Notes under the pieces: generated by a model
The model's database searches: none
Told to the model about the DNA's origin: nothing
What the model saw: the letters and a program-made list of their open reading frames with translations, nothing else
Made by a program: the position numbers and the translations under genes
From: Eledone cirrhosa
Taxonomy: Eukaryota
Length of the DNA stretch: 64,000 nt
Direction: 5' to 3'
Assembly (NCBI GenBank): GCA_964016885.1
Contig: OZ024741.1
Coordinates: 282,906,001 to 282,970,000 of the forward strand
In this document: piece by piece, positions 1 through 10,679 of the stretch
Layout of the letters: each line of letters starts with the position of its first letter
How positions within the stretch are numbered: position 1 is the first letter of the stretch

Positions 1-2221
1 TGCCGTCGGAGGGCATCGTTTTGCCCCTCCACGTCCCGAGTTGCAAACCGACGGACTTGTCCCGGTTCAGCTTGGCTCCTGTGAACCTTTCATATTCCTC
101 CAGTAAGGTGCCGATCTGCCCGATTTCCGAGGCGCACGACACCATTACTGTCACGTCATCGGCGTAGGCCGACACCGCTTTCCGCAATCCCGGTTCCAAG
201 GGGATGCCCTGCAACAGCTCCAGCTTCCTCAGTAATGGCTCGAGAGCCAGCACATACAGGAGGGAGGAGAGAGGGCATCCCTGTCGAATGGATCGCGTGA
301 TTTGGAACGGCTCCGAGAGGTAGCCGTTCACCTTGACCCTCGAGCAGGTGTTGCTGCTGTGCATTGCAGCAATCCAGCCCCTGAAAACGGGTCCGAAGCC
401 TGCCGCCGCGAGCACCGCATCCAGGTACCGATGGTCAACCCTATCGAACGCTTTAGATTGATCCAAGTTGATCAGGGCCCCACTAAAGCCGGGTTCGTTC
501 CCTACCCTCTCTACGATGTATCGCATGAGGTGGAGGTTGTCGTGTATGGACCTGGACGGGATTGCGCATGTCTGCGCTTCTCCCACCAGGTTCCCGACGA
601 CAAGCGCCAACCTCTTCGCTAACACCTTGGCCAAAATCTTTAACTCTGTGTTTAGCAGAGTTATGGGCCTGAAGTTATCTATGTCATCCCCCTTGTTCTC
701 GTCCTTCCTCACCAGCGTGACTACACCCTTGGTCACAGAACTGGGAATTCTCCCGTTCTGTTGCCAGTTGCAGTAGACCGCCTCGAGGAGACCGGAGAAC
801 AAGCCCGGCATCGCTACATAAAGTTCGTATGGTAGACCATCGAGACCCGGAGATTTGCGTTTGCCGCATTGGCTCAGCGCTTCCCCTATTTCAGCGGCTG
901 AAATCGGCCTCTCGCAGGACTTCGCCTTCCCGTCCGAGAGCCACGCCAGACCGTCGAGGTATGGACCGAAATCCATGGCCCCACCCGGCCCGCCGCCTCT
1001 CCCGAACAGTCGTGCAAAGCGCCGTTGAAAGGCCGCGCTCATCCGCTCAGGTTCAAGGATCACGCGTCCATCCTGGTCCTTCAAAGACCTAATCGTGGAC
1101 TTGTTTCCACTTTTTGCCTCTGTCACTCGGGCACAGCTAACAGCTTTGGCTCCCTCGTTACCCAGAGCACGTATTTTACTCCTGATAACGCAGCCCTCGT
1201 GCTTCGCATCAAAGAACTGGTCTAGGACCGTTCTTGACGCCAGCACGCCGGCCACGTTGCCACTCCTAATCGCCTCTTCTACTCTATTTGTTAATTCCCT
1301 TTCAGTTCTATTCCTATCTGATGCTAATTCCCGACTAAAACCTATCGATTCTATTCTAATTTCTCTCTTGAGAGAGCCCCACCACCTGTTGTTGACAATT
1401 GCCCCCGTCAAACGCTGCTTAACTAGTGTGCTAATCCGCTTACTGTAAGCTTTGTTTGTCGGTAAAGACAAGTTTAGCTTCCAGTAACCGGGTCCCTGTC
1501 TATGAGTTCTATCAAGGTTGACCACTCCGGTCAACAACTTGTGATCCGAATAGTCAACCATGAACATTCGTGGACAGCTTAATATGTCCCTATCCTTATT
1601 TCTAACTAGGAACCTATCTAGGTACGACCTGGATGTTCCGCTACGATTACTCCACGTCCACCGTGGCACAGTCGGAAAATCCAGTCGATATCTATCGGCC
1701 GGATCAAATCGGCCGATTAATCGTTTGAGGCTGTTACACCCCCCTCTATCGGGACATGCCCCTACATAGTCCCAACGTGCATCCAGGATACCATTCCAGT
1801 CCCCCACTAAAAGCAAGGAGCGAGACGTTCCCAGGAAATTCTCCAGGCGTCGGAAGACGTCCGGTCGCGGTGTCCCCGATGGGGCATACGCTGCCACCAG
1901 CCTGAAAGCTCCACCTTCACCACTGCCGACGTCTAAAACCACCAGTCGACCCTCCGGGTCCAGGTGTACCTTCTGTGTGGCAAGACCCAGGTATTTTCGC
2001 AGCAGAACGACAACCCCACCCCCACCCCTCGGCTGACAGAGAGATGCGTAGATCTCAAAGTCGTCGAAGATGGGGGCCAGTTGGCGCTCGCTGCTGATCC
2101 TGGACTCGCAAATAACCATTACATCCATTCTGTGCGACCTGAGGCCATTTAAGAGTTTGCCCTGTTTCCAGGACATCCCCAAGCCGCGTGCATTCACACA
2201 TCCAACTCTTATATTGGCCAT
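1..2221 (-). CDS. Tx1-like ORF2 (APE endonuclease + reverse transcriptase), open to the window edge
   Basis: Manual translation from ATG 2221: MANIRVGCVNARGL..VGDWN..YLDRF..YSDHK..GPGYWKLN..KSPGLDG..FRPITLLN..DQSKAFDRVDH..RQGCPLS..AYADD; same frame at position 1; missing from the ORF track because no stop lies in the window. Confidence 0.92.
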   Translation of the reverse strand, partial: MANIRVGCVNARGLGMSWKQGKLLNGLRSHRMDVMVICESRISSERQLAPIFDDFEIYASLCQPRGGGGVVVLLRKYLGLATQKVHLDPEGRLVVLDVGSGEGGAFRLVAAYAPSGTPRPDVFRRLENFLGTSRSLLLVGDWNGILDARWDYVGACPDRGGCNSLKRLIGRFDPADRYRLDFPTVPRWTWSNRSGTSRSYLDRFLVRNKDRDILSCPRMFMVDYSDHKLLTGVVNLDRTHRQGPGYWKLNLSLPTNKAYSKRISTLVKQRLTGAIVNNRWWGSLKREIRIESIGFSRELASDRNRTERELTNRVEEAIRSGNVAGVLASRTVLDQFFDAKHEGCVIRSKIRALGNEGAKAVSCARVTEAKSGNKSTIRSLKDQDGRVILEPERMSAAFQRRFARLFGRGGGPGGAMDFGPYLDGLAWLSDGKAKSCERPISAAEIGEALSQCGKRKSPGLDGLPYELYVAMPGLFSGLLEAVYCNWQQNGRIPSSVTKGVVTLVRKDENKGDDIDNFRPITLLNTELKILAKVLAKRLALVVGNLVGEAQTCAIPSRSIHDNLHLMRYIVERVGNEPGFSGALINLDQSKAFDRVDHRYLDAVLAAAGFGPVFRGWIAAMHSSNTCSRVKVNGYLSEPFQITRSIRQGCPLSSLLYVLALEPLLRKLELLQGIPLEPGLRKAVSAYADDVTVMVSCASEIGQIGTLLEEYERFTGAKLNRDKSVGLQLGTWRGKTMPSDG

Positions 2222-2263
2222 GTTGGTGCTGAAGAGGTAAAAAGGAAGAGGAAAGGAAATTAC

Positions 2264-4048
2264 TTACCTCTTCGTCTCCTGGGGACCAGGCTGCACAATT
2301 TCCATGGGGGTGTTGGAAGGGTTGTTTGGTGGGGTGGTGGTTTGTGGTGGGGTGAGGACATCAGTGTGTGGTGGGATTAGGGTGTTTGGTGGGGTGTGGG
2401 TGTCTGGTGTGGGGGTGGGGAAACATCTCAATAGGACGCTGTTATGTGGTTTGGTGCAGTTAGTCCCCACATGCATTGGATGGTTCTTTTTCAAAGTTAC
2501 ATAGGTTTCCGTTGGGACCCTAATCATCATTAGGTGCGGTTTGTTCGCTGCGTAGGTGAAAGTGATCCCTTCGGTTTCCACCGAAGGGTTATTTTCTATC
2601 GCTTTCATCAACGTTTTATTGTTCTTGTTAATGTATGTATATAGTTTTTGTTGTGTTGTGTTTGTTTTTGTTTGTTGTTCTTGCGGGTGTTTGCGTTTTA
2701 TAGTACGTGTTATGTTTTGGGGAGGGGTGTTTTTTTTTATTTGTTCTGTTTGTTCTGTTTGTGCTGGTGGTTGTGTGTTTGTGGCATTTTTGTTAATGTG
2801 GTGACTTTTTTTTTTCCTTTTCACCTGTTGAAAGGGTTCTCCCTCGTCGTCACTGGGTGACGTTGATACGGAGTCCTCTTCCGTGTTGTTGGGGAGGGGT
2901 ATATTTTGGGGTTTTGTTGTGGTTGCTTTTGTATTTGTTTTAGGTGGGGAGGGGTTGGGTGGAACAGTGTTTTGTGTTGTTATTTTTCCGTGTTGTTGTT
3001 GTTGTGGTGGTGGTGGTGGTGGTGGTGGTGGTTGTGTTGTTGTGTTCGGGGTTGGCAGAAGAGCCTTTTTTTTTAAACTCGTTAATTGAGGACAGGCAGC
3101 CCTCAGGTGACCCCTGCTTAAGCAGTGGTAACATGACGGCCGCCTTACTTCCACTGAAATGTTTATATAAGTTAGCCCGTCCAGAGGCACGCGTTGTGGG
3201 ATATTCGCTATTCGTTCTGGGCTCATTTGCACCAGAACTTCTACGGTGGTCCCACCAAATACACCTCCGGAGGACTTTCCTATTGAAATTATCTTGTCTT
3301 CGTCAAAGTTTATTATTCCACATAGTATCCACCAAATGTTTACATTTGGTGTGATACTCATTATTTTTATTCTTTGTGTCCTTTTTCCCCTGTGTGTGGG
3401 GTAAAAGGTAAAGTGGGGGGACACAATGGGTGCTATCGAGTACTTTTGAGCTGTTGACTGGTTGTTCATCAGCACCGAAATGCTACCAAACAGTTTACCT
3501 TTTTGTATGAAGGTTAAGTCCTTCATTGCATCTTTTAGAACCAGCTCAGTTTCATTTTGTGATAATTGAGCTGGTTTTCTTGTTTCGTTCGATATTGTCC
3601 TGAAAACCACAGTTTTCAGGACAGCCTCTCTACGTAATTCCTGTGGAGAATTGATGCTAAAAGCACCGTTTTCGCCAAAAGTCACGAATTGTTTTGCGTC
3701 TTGTAATAGTTGTTTAGCATTTGTTATGTCTATTGGCGTGTATAGTTCGTTTTTTTTTACGGTCTGTGCAAATGTTGTTTTGGTGTTGTTGTCTTTCGTG
3801 TTACTGTCACTGTTGGTAATATTGGTGTTGCTATTGTTGCAGTTGTTGGTTGTGGTGTTGTTGTCATTGTTCTTGTTGTTGGTGCTGGTATTATTTGCCG
3901 GATTTGGTTTCGCGGTTTCGATATTTTCCACGTTTTTCGATGATGCGAGGGGGGACGGCTGCAAGCTTTGTACTCCTACCTTCCCTCCACCACTTTTCTT
4001 AGTGGGCGTGGCACTCACGACAGTGTGCGAGGTGGAAATGGCATCCAT
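2264..4048 (-). CDS. Tx1-like ORF1 (gag-like nucleic-acid-binding protein)
   Basis: Zinc knuckle CYHCLSRGHLRAAC with N/T/P/Q-rich flanks; first ATG at 4048 (track start 4162 is GTG). Confidence 0.85.
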   Translation of the reverse strand: MDAISTSHTVVSATPTKKSGGGKVGVQSLQPSPLASSKNVENIETAKPNPANNTSTNNKNNDNNTTTNNCNNSNTNITNSDSNTKDNNTKTTFAQTVKKNELYTPIDITNAKQLLQDAKQFVTFGENGAFSINSPQELRREAVLKTVVFRTISNETRKPAQLSQNETELVLKDAMKDLTFIQKGKLFGSISVLMNNQSTAQKYSIAPIVSPHFTFYPTHRGKRTQRIKIMSITPNVNIWWILCGIINFDEDKIISIGKSSGGVFGGTTVEVLVQMSPERIANIPQRVPLDGLTYINISVEVRRPSCYHCLSRGHLRAACPQLTSLKKKALLPTPNTTTQPPPPPPPPPQQQQHGKITTQNTVPPNPSPPKTNTKATTTKPQNIPLPNNTEEDSVSTSPSDDEGEPFQQVKRKKKSHHINKNATNTQPPAQTEQTEQIKKNTPPQNITRTIKRKHPQEQQTKTNTTQQKLYTYINKNNKTLMKAIENNPSVETEGITFTYAANKPHLMMIRVPTETYVTLKKNHPMHVGTNCTKPHNSVLLRCFPTPTPDTHTPPNTLIPPHTDVLTPPQTTTPPNNPSNTPMEIVQPGPQETKR

Positions 4049-4226
4049 TGACACCAAGTCTACAGTTTTTAGATGAAAATTGAAAATTTGTTGACTTAAC
4101 GTCTGACGGCCAAGGCAAGGGGCTAAACCAAACAATGTTATTAAATTGATCAATAAACTCACAGTTCTTTTTTACAACAATCCGCAAAAATCCGGAGCAA
4201 AGTAAATCACGTCTATATCAAGTGGT

Positions 4227-4770
4227 AATTGATATAGAGAGGGGTATTGGAATAGTTCCGTCTAGTAGGTATAGAGAGGGGGAGAGTTTGGCGTTAATTG
4301 ATATAGAGAGGGGAGTTGGAAGAGAGTTCCGTGTAGTAGATATAGAGAGGGGGAGAGTTTGGTGTTAATTGATATAGAGAGGGGTTTGGGAGAGAGTGTC
4401 GTATGGTTGATGTAGTGAGGAGGAGAGTTTTTGTGGTAATGAATAGAGTTAGAGGATTGATAGAGATAGATATTGATAGCGGGGAGAGTTTGGTAGTGAT
4501 GGATAGAGCGAGAGGGAATGAGAGAGAGTTTTGTATGGTAGATATAGAGAGGGGATTGGGAGAGAGTGTCATGTCGTAGATATAGAGGGGGGAGTTTGTA
4601 ATGTATAGAGAGAGAACGATTACGGGAGAGCGTGATAGAGGTGTTAAGGGGGAGAGTTTGGAGATGATTGATATCAAAAGGGTGACTGGGAGAGGGATTT
4701 ATATGTTAGATATAGAGAGGGGGATTGGATGAGATAAGTAGATATTTATAGAGAGGGTGAGTGTATTAGT
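4227..4770. repeat. Degenerate purine-rich tandem repeat (GATATAGAGAGGGGG-like core)
   Basis: Motif recurs about every 30-45 bp. Confidence 0.7.
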
Positions 4771-4791
4771 GTTTTATATATATATATATAT

Positions 4792-5016
4792 AGGGGCCGT
4801 GGAACTGGGGGGGGGCATGCCCTCTCCTGCCCAATAATTATATTTTTCTCTCCAAACTACCAAAACACATCTATTTGGATATGCGGTACAATTTATGTAC
4901 ATGTTATGTTTATCGCATATCGAGGTTTTCTGACCATTTTAGAGTGTGCAAAGAGCTAAACTAATGGGACCAAATTGCCCCCCCTCCCTCAATTTAGAAA
5001 TGCTTCCACTGCCCCT
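4792..5016. mobile_element. MITE-like non-autonomous DNA transposon
   Basis: Imperfect TIRs AGGGGCCGTGGAA / TTCCACTGCCCCT, TA-repeat flanks, non-coding. Confidence 0.55.
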
Positions 5017-5198
5017 TTATATATATATATATAAGAAAATTTCGCTCTACATGGCTGAATACAATAAATGTAATCTGAGATGTTCGAATATTAATAATAA
5101 CATTCGATTCGTTTGCAATTTTGCAAACAAGCCTCAATTCTATAGCCATGTCAGGAGAATGAACACTTCATTCTTGCTCTTGTGTTGGCATGCGAACA

Positions 5199-5248
5199 GA
5201 ACTGCAAACACTAATATTTCTGGGAATCACTCTTCATCAGTACAGCTC
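5199..5248 (-). ncRNA. Type I hammerhead ribozyme
   Basis: GAGCUGUA CUGAUGA agagugauuccca GAAA uauuagug UU UGCAGUUC; stem II has one mismatch. Confidence 0.7.
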
Positions 5249-5681
5249 ACTGTTCACCTGCCAAACTCTCAGAGCTAGCAGAAATATATGCTATTTGCAT
5301 ATTAGCAGACTGGCTGATCAGTCAGATCTGCATATTAACAGATCTCCCGATCAGCCAGATTTGCATATCAGCAGACTGGCCAGTCAGTTTCCTGTATACG
5401 AGCGATAAATGACCGTCTTTGTCAAATTCAAATAAAAAAGAAAATTTCGCTCTACATGGCTGAATACAATAAATGTAATCTGAGTTTTTCGAATATTAAT
5501 TATAACATTCGATTCGTTTGCAATTTTGCAAACAAGCCTCAATTTTATAGCCATGTCGGTAGAATGAACACTTCATTCTTGCTCTTATGTTGGCATGCGA
5601 ACAGAACTGCAATCAGTCACTGTGTATTTTTGAAAATAGCATATATTTTCACTAGCTCTGACAGTTTGGCAGGTGAACAGT

Positions 5682-5731
5682 GAACTGTACTGCTGAAGGG
5701 TGATTCCCAGAAACATTAGTGCCTGCAGTTC
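5682..5731 (+). ncRNA. Hammerhead ribozyme, mutated copy
   Basis: GAACUGUA CUGCUGA aGGGugauuCCCa GAAA cauuagug CC UGCAGUUC; core and cleavage triplet are non-canonical. Confidence 0.6.
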
Positions 5732-5850
5732 TGTTTGCATGCCAACATAAGAGCAAGAATGAAGTGTTCATTCTCCTGACATGGCTATAAAATTGAGGCT
5801 TGTTTGTAAAATTGCAAACGAATCGAATGTTGTTATTAATATTCGAAAAA

Positions 5851-5926
<76 letters not shown>

Positions 5927-5928
5927 GG

Positions 5929-8122
5929 TGTAGCAAGAGTTGCCTCCCTTGTTATGACGATCACATCACCAGTAGCGATCTCTAGACAGGAAGTAGCTAG
6001 AGTTACTTCCCGTTGAGGTTGCAGAGCCTTCTTTGTCACTTCCGTCCGGGGAACTATAAAGGAGATAGCTGCAAGCTATCTCCCTCTTTTAACCTGCCTG
6101 GCCCTTCGGCCAGGCGCGTTTCGCCGAGGGTATACTCTCTGGCAACCTGAACATGGTAATGTAAAGACCTCTTGGTCTCTTGCGCGCTGACTTCAAAACG
6201 GTAAACAACTAACTTTAATTCATCCTTTCATCTCTCTTGGCATGTCAACTATTCTGCTCTACATAGCTCAACCTTGTTAAATAAACATTATACATACAAC
6301 CCAGTGTCCTGTTATAATTGGTGACCCCGAGAAAAAAATAATAGGACTGGTGTTGTGTGAATATAAAAAAAGAAAATTAATTAGCAGTATTTCAAAAAGA
6401 AAAAATTCCTCTAACAATATTCCACATGGATTTTTTCTACAACGAAAAATATAAGTAATCTTTTCCTCAGCAGCAAACAAACAAGAAAAAATGTTGCTTT
6501 TCACCTCACGTGTTTACATCGTTTAAATGTGTTTCAATCACTGGATATATCCTTTGTCCGTCTCACAACGAACACTCAAAAAGACTTGGACTCCTGTATT
6601 CTTATATTCAACATGTCAATTTTGATGAACATCACAGCTCGCTTACTCATTCAACGAAGCCTTTTTCGCTACTTTTTCATTACTTTAAAAAAAAAATTGA
6701 ACCGTCGCCATATACAAAGTGAATATAGCCTTTTCCTTCTTTTTCATCACATCACGTTCACACACAAATTTTTCAAAATGGCTGCCAACGACCTGTTCCA
6801 CTGTCATTTTCCCGCCATTTTCTCGCGCAAAAGAAAGATATATATATATATTTTTTTATTCAACTTGACTTTAACCTTGTTTCGGCACGTGTGGAGCACA
6901 CATCTCGACTCACTGAGATAACACACGCCATAGATAATGTTTCTTGACAAGGATTCTCGAGCCTTAAGCTATATTCTCATATTTGCCGGTTTAAAAATTT
7001 ACCACGTAAATTTGCCGTTGAAAACTGCGCATTTATTCAGAATGCTTATTTCTATTGTCACTGGCCTCTTGACCCATCCAAGTCAACGCGTTCTCAACAT
7101 CGACCATCAACTTTGGCTGTTATTTCTAGCACTTTGCGCAACTCATTTTTTCTGAGAAACTTTTTACTGTGAATGGAAACAACATCGAATAGGCTCACTC
7201 CGCTAGACAACAACAGCACAGCTTCATCTTTGCTTTATCAAGAACCAAAACCAGCACAACAAAACAGAGAATTTATTTTTGCAGCACTCTTCCTGTGAGA
7301 AAATCCCACCGCCTTCGGAGGTTGGGAATTTCACGTTGTACCACAGTCCAGAAACCACCTGCATATATTCTCTTGATGACACACTCTCTTTCCTGCTGTC
7401 ATGTTAACTTTATTTTTGAACATTTGAACTTTTTTTTTTAATAACTATGTTCGAGCACGTTTCTTTGCTCCTTTGACCTCTTCTTAGGTTGATTACATCG
7501 TATCTTTGTGTGATGGATAGATAGATGTCCTGTGGTTCTCTGGCCAAGAGCGGTTGGCTACCTTGATATCTATCATTGATTTTTGCATGCTTATATTTTG
7601 CTGTTTTTCTTTTATTGCAAACATTATTTTTTTGTAATTTTCATGCCTGGACTTTGGTGTTACATGCTCGCCATCTTACTTCATACATGGTTGATTCGAT
7701 TTTTATGTTTTAAAAATCTGGCGGGGGATAATGTAGCAAGAGTTGCCTCCCTTGTTATGACGATCACATCACCAGTAGCGCTCTCTAGACAGGAAGTAGC
7801 TGGAGTTACTTCCCGTTGAGGTTGCAGAGCCTTCTTTGTCACTTCCGTCCGGGGCACTATAAAGGAGATAGCTGAAAGCTATCTCCCTCTCTTTTAACCT
7901 GCCTGGCTCTTCGGCCAGGCGCGTTCCCCCGAGGGTATACTCTCTGGCAACCTGAACATGGCAATGTAAAGACCTCTTGGTCTCTTGTGCGCTGACTTCA
8001 AAACGGTAAACAACTAACTTTAATTCATCCTTTCATCTCTCTTGGCATGTCAACTATTCTGCTCTACATAGCTCAACCTTGTTAAATAAACATTGTACAT
8101 ACAACCCAGTGTCCCTGTTATA
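5929..8122 (+). mobile_element. Non-autonomous LTR retroelement (LTRs 5929-6316 and 7732-8122)
   Basis: About 390-bp near-identical direct repeats starting TGTAGCA; PBS TGGTGACCCCGA at 6319-6330 (tRNA-Trp type); purine tract GGCGGGGGATAA before the 3' LTR; non-coding interior. Confidence 0.88.
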
Positions 8123-8173
8123 TATATATTAATTCAAAATATTAACAAAAATAGACATTCGTGTGATCAAGTA

Positions 8174-8240
8174 TATTTTATTATACATATTTCAGAGGTA
8201 CTGAGCTATCTTCAACAGTACGTCCTCATCAGATAAAATA
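8174..8240 (-). ncRNA. Type I hammerhead ribozyme in a solitary PLE 3' terminus (about 8125-8300)
   Basis: UAUUUUAU CUGAUGA ggacGUACUG..CAGUACcucu GAAA uaugua UA AUAAAAUA; flanks match 62200-62335. Confidence 0.8.
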
Positions 8241-8504
8241 AGATGATGCATGACATACTCTGACTTAGTAGGTGGTTAAGATTCAGTCATGGTAGTGAAT
8301 AAGATATGACAAAACTCAATATTTATATACCTTAAGATTGAGACATGAAAAAATTACATATAATACAGAGGGTGCGTGTGAGAAAGCTTAAAAAAATACA
8401 TAATAGCAATTTACATAACTGTTAGAGATTCAAATAATTTAAATTATTGAAGAAAGAAGAAAGACAGAGAGAGAAACTTAAATATATATATATATACATA
8501 TATT

Positions 8505-8786
8505 GTGTGAAGGTGCTTGACATAAATGGTTCGAGCGTTAAGCTCACAATCGTAGTGTTGAGAATTCGAATCCCGGATCGGGTGGTGCGCTGTGCATGTT
8601 TTTTCACGTTGCTCCAGTTCACTCGGGTGTAGAAATGAGTTGCGATGTTTCCCTAGGGCAACATCGGTGGCGTGAGAGGGAAGACTACTGGTCTTCCGCA
8701 AACCCAATTGCCCAAGCTTGTGCTTCGGAGGAGAACTTTCCAGGTGCAAAACCATTGTCATTCGTGACCGAAAGAGACCTACGTTA
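8505..8786 (+). mobile_element. tRNA-derived SINE
   Basis: Degenerate A box, B box ATTCGAATCC, core TTTCACGTTGCTCCAGTTCACTC..GTAGAAATGAG shared with 44200-44350. Confidence 0.75.
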
Positions 8787-8816
8787 TATATATATATATA
8801 TATATATATATACAAA

Positions 8817-10069
8817 CTAGCAGTTTAGCCCGGCGTTGCCCGGGTTTGTTCATTTGCTATGAAAAGTTACATACAGGTAAACGTGGCTTGAAAGCGAATA
8901 AGTTTATCAATTAAGTGCATAAAGCAGTTGAACCGGTTATTAAAAGTTACGAACCAGTTAACATTTGGACAATTCCAATAGCGAATTTAGCAGACCAAAG
9001 TTGCAAGATGGTGGCCCTGATGCCACTGGGTGTCAGATCTGTCCGCCAGGAAATAGTTTTCCAGATGGCATAGCTCCAACACTTCTAACATCTGCACCAA
9101 CATCTATAGCACCTCTTTGTAGAAGATATTGCGTGTCATCCCTTGAGGAGTGTAAGTAAAAAGTCCATTCCTGCTCCCTACGCGGGAACAAGCAACATAA
9201 AGTTGTCCATGGGAGAAGCATGGCTCCCCCAAATGGATGCCCGACACCGACAATGTTTGCCCTTGTGACTTGTTAATGGACATGGCAAAACATGGTCTCA
9301 CCGGGAATTGGGATCACCGGAAATCGAACGGGATATCTGACGCCGTTCATCCTTGGCAGTGTATTCGGCAGAATTGCCAGAAGTACAACACTATGGGTGT
9401 TGTCATATTAATATTTAATCAATGAAAGTCGTAAAAAATAAATAATTTAAACATTCCGATTCATATGTCTATAGTGCTATTTTGCGGGTTGTTATTTGCA
9501 ATAAGCCAATTTAAAATACCCCAGAAAAGCCGTATGTCAATACGGAACTCCAATGACTCCCCCAGCAGTTAAATTATAGAGAGGGGTAATAATCTATTAT
9601 AGAGAGAGGGAAGAGCGACGGAGAGAGTAAAGCTAAGAAACTATAGGGAGGTGTGTTAAACCTAAAAGCATGAAGAGAGTAAAGCAGTTAAATTATAGAG
9701 AGGGGGAATGATCTATTATAGAGAGAGGGAAGAGCGACGGAGAGAGCGTTATGACCATGTTTGTTGTATAAAATGATGTGTTGCTTAGTTTTCAAAGTTT
9801 ATGTCGCGTTCCTGAACGAAGTTTTGTCGCTGTTGGGTAGTAGAGAGAGTGAATAAGCGTGTAAGAGAGAGGGTTACAGCATGTATTTAGTTTTATCGAT
9901 TTTTTCATAGAAGCAGGACATTTTTGGCAAAGTTTATTACGCGTTGACCATCGTTGGTAAATTTGGAGCACATTGGAAAAAAATCATCAAAATCGGTAGA
10001 GAAATGTGGAAATGCATAAAAATCATACACACACACAGACAGACATCTTCCGTTTTATATATATAGAGA
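8817..10069 (-). mobile_element. Non-autonomous Helitron with PIF1 C-terminal remnant (9104-9330)
   Basis: 5' TC.., 3' hairpin CCCGGGCAACGCCGGG followed by CTAG; [25 protein letters not shown]; 5' region shared with about 35630-35860. Confidence 0.88.
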
Positions 10070-10679
10070 TAACAGGACAAGTCAGGCTTCTGCCTGCTAC
10101 TGGTAACATGAAACCAAGTACAACCCGCTTCATGGTCAAGTGGTCGGCGACTAAACTGGTTCCCCCCGCCAGACTCTGGTTTAGTGAGGAGGGTAAATAG
10201 ACCCTCGAACTGTACAAAAGAAAAAATAAACAAAACAAAACAAAAATCAAGATCTGTTAAAACGAAGAATTGTCTTTTCATAGTCAACGGTTTTCCACCC
10301 CAATTATGAGTTAAATAGCCTCACCAATCCGCAATGGGCCAAACGGGTGACTACGGCTAACCCCTTCATGACTAAAGCCAAACAGAATGTGGTTGGGTTC
10401 CTCCAATAGAAGTGAGAAGGCTCTGAATTGGTTTGAATATATATATAGTGGCGGACTGGTCAGGTTGCCCAATGGCAAGTGGGCCCAGGAGGCCCACGGT
10501 AGCATTGCAAGAGCCCACAGTAGCATTGCAGGGCCCACTGTAGTATTTTAGGGGCCAATGCTTTGCTTTCAAAAAATACCTGAAATCTAAGAGAAAGAAT
10601 AAAATTTTAAAAAAATAAATAAAACAATTACGCAAAGCTTTTGGTCGACCAAGGAGTGGGAGAAATGAGGTGGAACAGA

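Larger units (their letters stand above)
1..4226 (-). mobile_element. Tx1/L1-clade non-LTR retrotransposon; 5' end near 4226, 3' part beyond the window
   Basis: Two ORFs on the minus strand (CCHC ORF1, APE-RT ORF2) separated by a 42-bp spacer; 5' boundary approximate. Confidence 0.9.
5033..5854 (-). mobile_element. Non-coding HHR-bearing retrozyme-like / mini-PLE element (405-bp period plus inverted arm)
   Basis: 5033-5206 repeats at 5438-5611; about 5635-5854 is an inverted copy; HHR in both orientations; TA flanks. Confidence 0.75.

Noticed and set aside
302-4076. Plus-strand ORFs over the Tx1 element
   Set aside because: Antisense shadows of ORF1/ORF2 and simple repeats
8505-8590. Genuine tRNA gene (also 44270-44350)
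   Set aside because: No intact cloverleaf; continues into a SINE body
10448-10560. Transposon end (AGTGGCGGACTGG plus about 21-bp repeats)
   Set aside because: No matching opposite TIR found in the window
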